A stretch of 63,350 bases of DNA, filler included, from Octopus bimaculoides (taxonomy: Eukaryota): the NCBI RefSeq assembly GCF_001194135.2. It is 7 parts of 6 records of this genome, joined end to end, with 100 filler letters (N's around TTAATTAATTAA, not from the genome) between each part and the next. Parts side by side here need not be neighbours in the genome. Positions count along the whole stretch, not along the records: positions 57,145 to 60,219 come from NC_069007.1; positions 60,320 to 62,060 come from NC_068989.1; positions 62,161 to 63,350 come from NC_069006.1; 4 more parts are not named here. One strand, given 5' to 3'. Below the pieces are notes generated by a model. That model made no database searches, had not been told where the DNA came from, and saw only the letters and a list, made by a program, of their open reading frames with translations. Position 1 is the stretch's first letter. Every line of letters starts with the position of its first letter. This document shows, piece by piece, positions 59,051 through 63,350 of this stretch. The position numbers were made by a program, and so were the translations under genes.

Positions 59051-60319
59051 AAACTCTATACTTTCTGTCAACATCTACTATACAACAACACGAATTGTTT
59101 TGCTCACTCATTTTTACAGGGCGCCAGATGTATTTGAGAAGACTTAATTATCAGTATATTCCTCCCTTCAAACCAATTGAAAGGATTTAAAAAAAAAATT
59201 TCTTTCAGATCCTTCATGGCAAATAAACTTCTAAAACAAGAAATGAAAAGACATGCAGTCGTTGTTGTTACATACATTTATTTTACTTAGATAAGTACTT
59301 CAGAGATTTTAAATTAGCTCAGAAAATCCGTAATATTCAAAAATAAGATATGTTCTTTCTATCCTTTTATTTACATCGACTGATGACGATCGGTATGTAT
59401 AGCGTATATACAGAGAAATATTACTAAAAATTCCTACCGGCTCAAGAGATATATCACAAAATATCAAGACCTAACCTTATGTCCCGGAATAAGGTAGTAT
59501 ATATACACATATGTCTTTTGCTTGAGATTCCTCCGTTCTTTTCTGTTTCCTTCGCATAGGCTCATATGATACTATTAATTCAATTTTTAATTAACTAATC
59601 ACTATCAAGGAAGTATAACTTGTTTATAGACAGTTGAGCTATGCTGTTATTCATGTGTGTATCTATTACACACAAACACGAACACAAGTGCAAACAAACT
59701 TCTTGAATAATCATAATGAGATGCAAATTTTTCAATATCTTTCTTTTTTGCAACTAAGAATTGCAGCTTTTAAGTAAATACTGCACCATTTTAAATTAAA
59801 TATTTTTAACTTCCATTAAACAATTCAGTGCAACAGAAAAAAAAAACCTGCTATAATTTTTTTTGTATGTTGTCATTTTTTAATGGTTTAAGCGACCCTG
59901 TAGCCCACCAATTTTGGCATAATCTGTCCTGTTAACTAATTATTACTGATATTTCACGATTAAATACAAATGTAAAGTTTTTAAGTAAGATATTTATCAA
60001 TCGATAGTAACGTGTTCTAAACATTCGATTTGACTGAACGCTTAAAAGCTTCCAGTTGGATTTTGAACGAAAAATTATAATACATGAAACCACGCCGTTA
60101 CAGATGTACGCAATTAATATCGAACTCTAATCAATAACTTGCATTTGAATAACGTTCATTGATCATTACCATTAGTGATCGTCGACACATTCTCCTACCC
60201 TTTCTGTTTCCCTGTATATNNNNNNNNNNNNNNNNNNNNNNNNNNNNNNNNNNNNNNNNNNNNTTAATTAATTAANNNNNNNNNNNNNNNNNNNNNNNNN
60301 NNNNNNNNNNNNNNNNNNN

Positions 60320-60725
60320 TGCTACTCTTAACTAGTTTTCCTCTTTTCAGTGTTGCTTTGGCACATTTTTCTAATCCGAATTTCATATCTATTTCTTTGG
60401 TAAATCCATGTACTGTCTGTAGTAGTGTTTCCAGCTCTTTATCATTTCTAGTGTATAATTTTAGGTCATCCATATATAAAAGGTGGCTGACTGTTTTGCC
60501 GTAACATTTGTATCCGCATCCAGTTCTATTTAGCAATTCAGCTAAAGGCGTGAGTGCCAGGCAGAACAGGAGTGGAGAGAGTGTGTCTCCCTGGAATATT
60601 CCTCTTCTAATGGGGATGGCTTTCGTTTTCACGAGTCCCTCTTTTGTTTGGAACTGTAGCACTGTCTACCATTTATTCATAGAGTGCCCTATGTATTTTA
60701 TAATAATTGGTGCAACCTTGTTTGT
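60320..60725 (-). mobile_element. R4/Dong-type LINE RT core fragment, cut by a gap
   Basis: IRRGIFQGDTLSPLLFCLALTPL..SHLLYMDDLKLY..MKFGLEKCAKATLKRGKL, with an open frame. Confidence 0.92.
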
Positions 60726-62160
60726 GGCTAGTGTTTTGAGTACCAAGATCAGGGTATCATGCAGAGAACGAAAAGCAACAATGAAATTTGCAGTTGTTCT
60801 TTTTGCTTGTGGCAAATAACTATTTCATCAGATTTTTGTTAACAGACTGCTTTTTTCAAATTTATGACAAACGGTACAATTCTTCCAAAATAGAAAAAGG
60901 AAAGATATACATTTGCCTAAAAACTAATTTTTAAAAATTCCAAAATACGACGAAGCGTTTTACAATTGAATATCTCAAACAACAAAACACATCATTTAAA
61001 GCGTAACTATACAGAACCGTTGTTATTAACGGCCAGAATTTATTATGTAATTGTTATCGTAATTTTTTTGCGACATTTCTCAAATCATGACTGTTTTATT
61101 GATGAATATTTGTCTCCTTTGTCAAAAGCAAGAGCTTGAAATTGTCAGGTCAAACTTAGGTATCAAATTATATTTTAAGTATAATTTGGTGATGGAGGCA
61201 GCATAATTCGTTTTTCCGTTTTGCATTGTAGAACGTAATGGATTTTGCTGTTTGCATTATGGAACGAAAGAATTAATTTTCGTTTATATATTTTTTTCTA
61301 TTTTCAGCAAAAAATTTCACTAATGGAATTCTCTATTTTTCTAACGGACTATCTAATAAGTAATTTCTTATTATATGATATCTTTTCGAAATTAGATGCC
61401 CGTGTGCAAGTTTTCTTACCTTAATGGAAATATTTCAATATTATGTGATTGCATAGAAGATATTTGACATTACAAGTGTATGTATATAGTCTGGGCGTTT
61501 ATCTATAGGAGAGATGCGTATATTAACATCATCAGAAAGCAAGTATGCATGCACTTATGAGTGCGTGAGTATGTGTTTGCATAAATTTAAAAAAAAACAT
61601 ATTTTAGAAAGCTTGTATGCAGTTATACGTCTGCAAGTATACAGATATGTGTGTACATGCGTTCAGTTAATAATGACGGGTACAGAAGCATACGCATATA
61701 AACATATAGATATTGATATATGAATGTGTGTGTACACACACACACAAACACACACATATATATATATATGTATATACATGTGTATGTGTATCTGTGTGTG
61801 TGTATCTGTGTGTGTGTATAGAATAAATGTAATATAAAATGAGCATATTGAATAATCTTATTTGTTATACGTTATAGCCTTAAGTATTAAAAAGCCATAC
61901 ACAATATAAAGCACACATTTAGAAACACAAACAGATATAGGCATGTGTTCACTCAACACACACACATGTATATATACCTACATACATGCACACACACACT
62001 CATATATATATACATGTATATATATGTATGTATGTATGTATGTATATATATATATATATANNNNNNNNNNNNNNNNNNNNNNNNNNNNNNNNNNNNNNNN
62101 NNNNTTAATTAATTAANNNNNNNNNNNNNNNNNNNNNNNNNNNNNNNNNNNNNNNNNNNN

Positions 62161-63249
62161 TTAAATATCCCTTTCAACTGTGCAATATCCACAAATATTT
62201 ACAAAAAATTTATGAATATTTTACAAAAAAATTTCCCTTCTTCCCACAGATATAGTAGAATTTTTTCTTGTCATACAATCCAAATTTCTTACTCTACCCT
62301 TCCTAATGTAGGTACAATCATAGCTAGGTTAAACAAAAAGAACATTAGGTCAGCTAGAATAAATGAAGTTAAGAATAGTGGATATGGTTATATGAATATA
62401 ATTAGTAATCTAACAAATACCAATAATAATATTGCTAATAATTATATAAATAAAAGTGAAAATAACAATGACAATGGAAATTTTGAGGATAACAATAATA
62501 TGCTTAGTCCCGCCAACCATAATTTAAACCAACAAATAGAATGCAGCAGTAATGATGTTGAGAGTTTAACTGAAGTTGATGATAGGCTCAACTCCAATGA
62601 AAATAATGGAAATCAGGGACCTAGTTCATATAATATCAATATGCTTAATGCTGGAGGAATAATTCTAACTGATAGCACATCAGGAAACGAGCTAAATAAT
62701 GATGAAAATGATCAATATATACCTAATAGTAGAATTGAGGAATTGATAAATAATATTAGTGTAAACAATTGTAATAATAATAATAGAGATATTAGAAATA
62801 ATATAGGTGGGGTTGATAGCACCACTAGGTGCAACTTCAGAAATAAGTCCCATTGTCTATGAAATTGTTGCACCCGTAACGTAGTGTACAGATGCATTAT
62901 AAGTACAATAACCGAGAATTATATTTACATAGGATGTAGTATTAATGTGAAACAGAGAATATATAACCATAAATCTTCTTTTAGACTAAGACATAAGGTA
63001 AATAGTACGACATTAGCAAGTAAAATTTGGGAGTTAAAAGATAATGGTATTAATTCTAGCCTTAAATGGGAAATTATAAGAAAAGCTCAACCTTATAGAA
63101 ATAATAGATATGGATGTGAATTATGTTCTATGGAAATATATGAAATTTTTAAACTTAGAAATAATCCTAATCTAATCAATAATAGATTAGACCTTAGGGT
63201 ATCATGTGTACACTGCTCTACTCGCACTTTTAAATTTTTTAAAAAGTAG
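62161..63249 (+). mobile_element. Penelope-like element C-terminal ORF (post-RT linker, Asn-rich insert, Cys motif, GIY-YIG endonuclease) with one in-frame TGA
   Basis: A single frame from 62161: LNIPFN..FP..H.Y..IF..TIQISYS.LPN, an Asn-rich stretch, CNFRNKSHCL*NC, VVYRC..YIYIG..KQRIYNHKSSF, LASKIWELK, CELCSMEIYEI, LINNR..SCVH. The RT part is lost in the upstream gap. Confidence 0.88.
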
Positions 63250-63350
63250 TTAAAATTATCAAAATATAGTATTTTAACTTCTACCATGGTCATCTAGGGC
63301 TATTAATTAGCACATATTTTAAATAACATATATTTCTGATCTCTCACCTT

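Noticed and set aside
59098-59150. Plus-strand acceptor TTTTTACAG followed by APDVFEKT*
   Set aside because: An isolated splice-like site in AT-rich DNA with no linked exon or homology.
59376-59430. CTGATGA...GAAATATTA
   Set aside because: The stem II closing pair and stem I do not form, so this is probably chance.

Overview
Eukaryotic, AT-rich, microsatellite-dense, gap-ridden genomic DNA. It is most likely an octopus draft scaffold; this is an inference from the tRNA-derived SINE families and repeat landscape, not a database result. I found no recognisable host protein-coding gene. Nearly all supplied ORFs are artefacts of microsatellites, N-gaps or antisense reading of transposons. The window is a mosaic of decayed mobile elements: at least five SINE-like families (three copies with visible TSDs), about nine R4/Dong-type REL-endonuclease LINE fragments mostly sitting in (TAA)n tracts and stacked head-to-tail, Tx1/L1-like and CR1-like LINE pieces, several Penelope-like (RT/GIY-YIG) fragments, a Helitron helicase, and mariner and Tc1 fragments that each carry an internal inversion. 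The main signals no ORF explains are: (i) four hammerhead-ribozyme motifs of the minimal type-I, palindromic-stem-III kind (231-291, 14801-14870, 37691-37735, 44380-44446; two with intact cores, two with single core substitutions) plus weaker relics; (ii) a pre-miRNA-like hairpin at 21778-21860; (iii) an ETS+YY1 promoter signature near 52.6 kb with a consensus minus-strand splice donor and candidate small exons; (iv) closely spaced inverted SINE pairs able to form dsRNA; (v) a Penelope-like GIY-YIG frame with an Asn-rich linker and one in-frame TGA. All coordinates were read by eye, and element boundaries are approximate unless a TSD or motif defines them.
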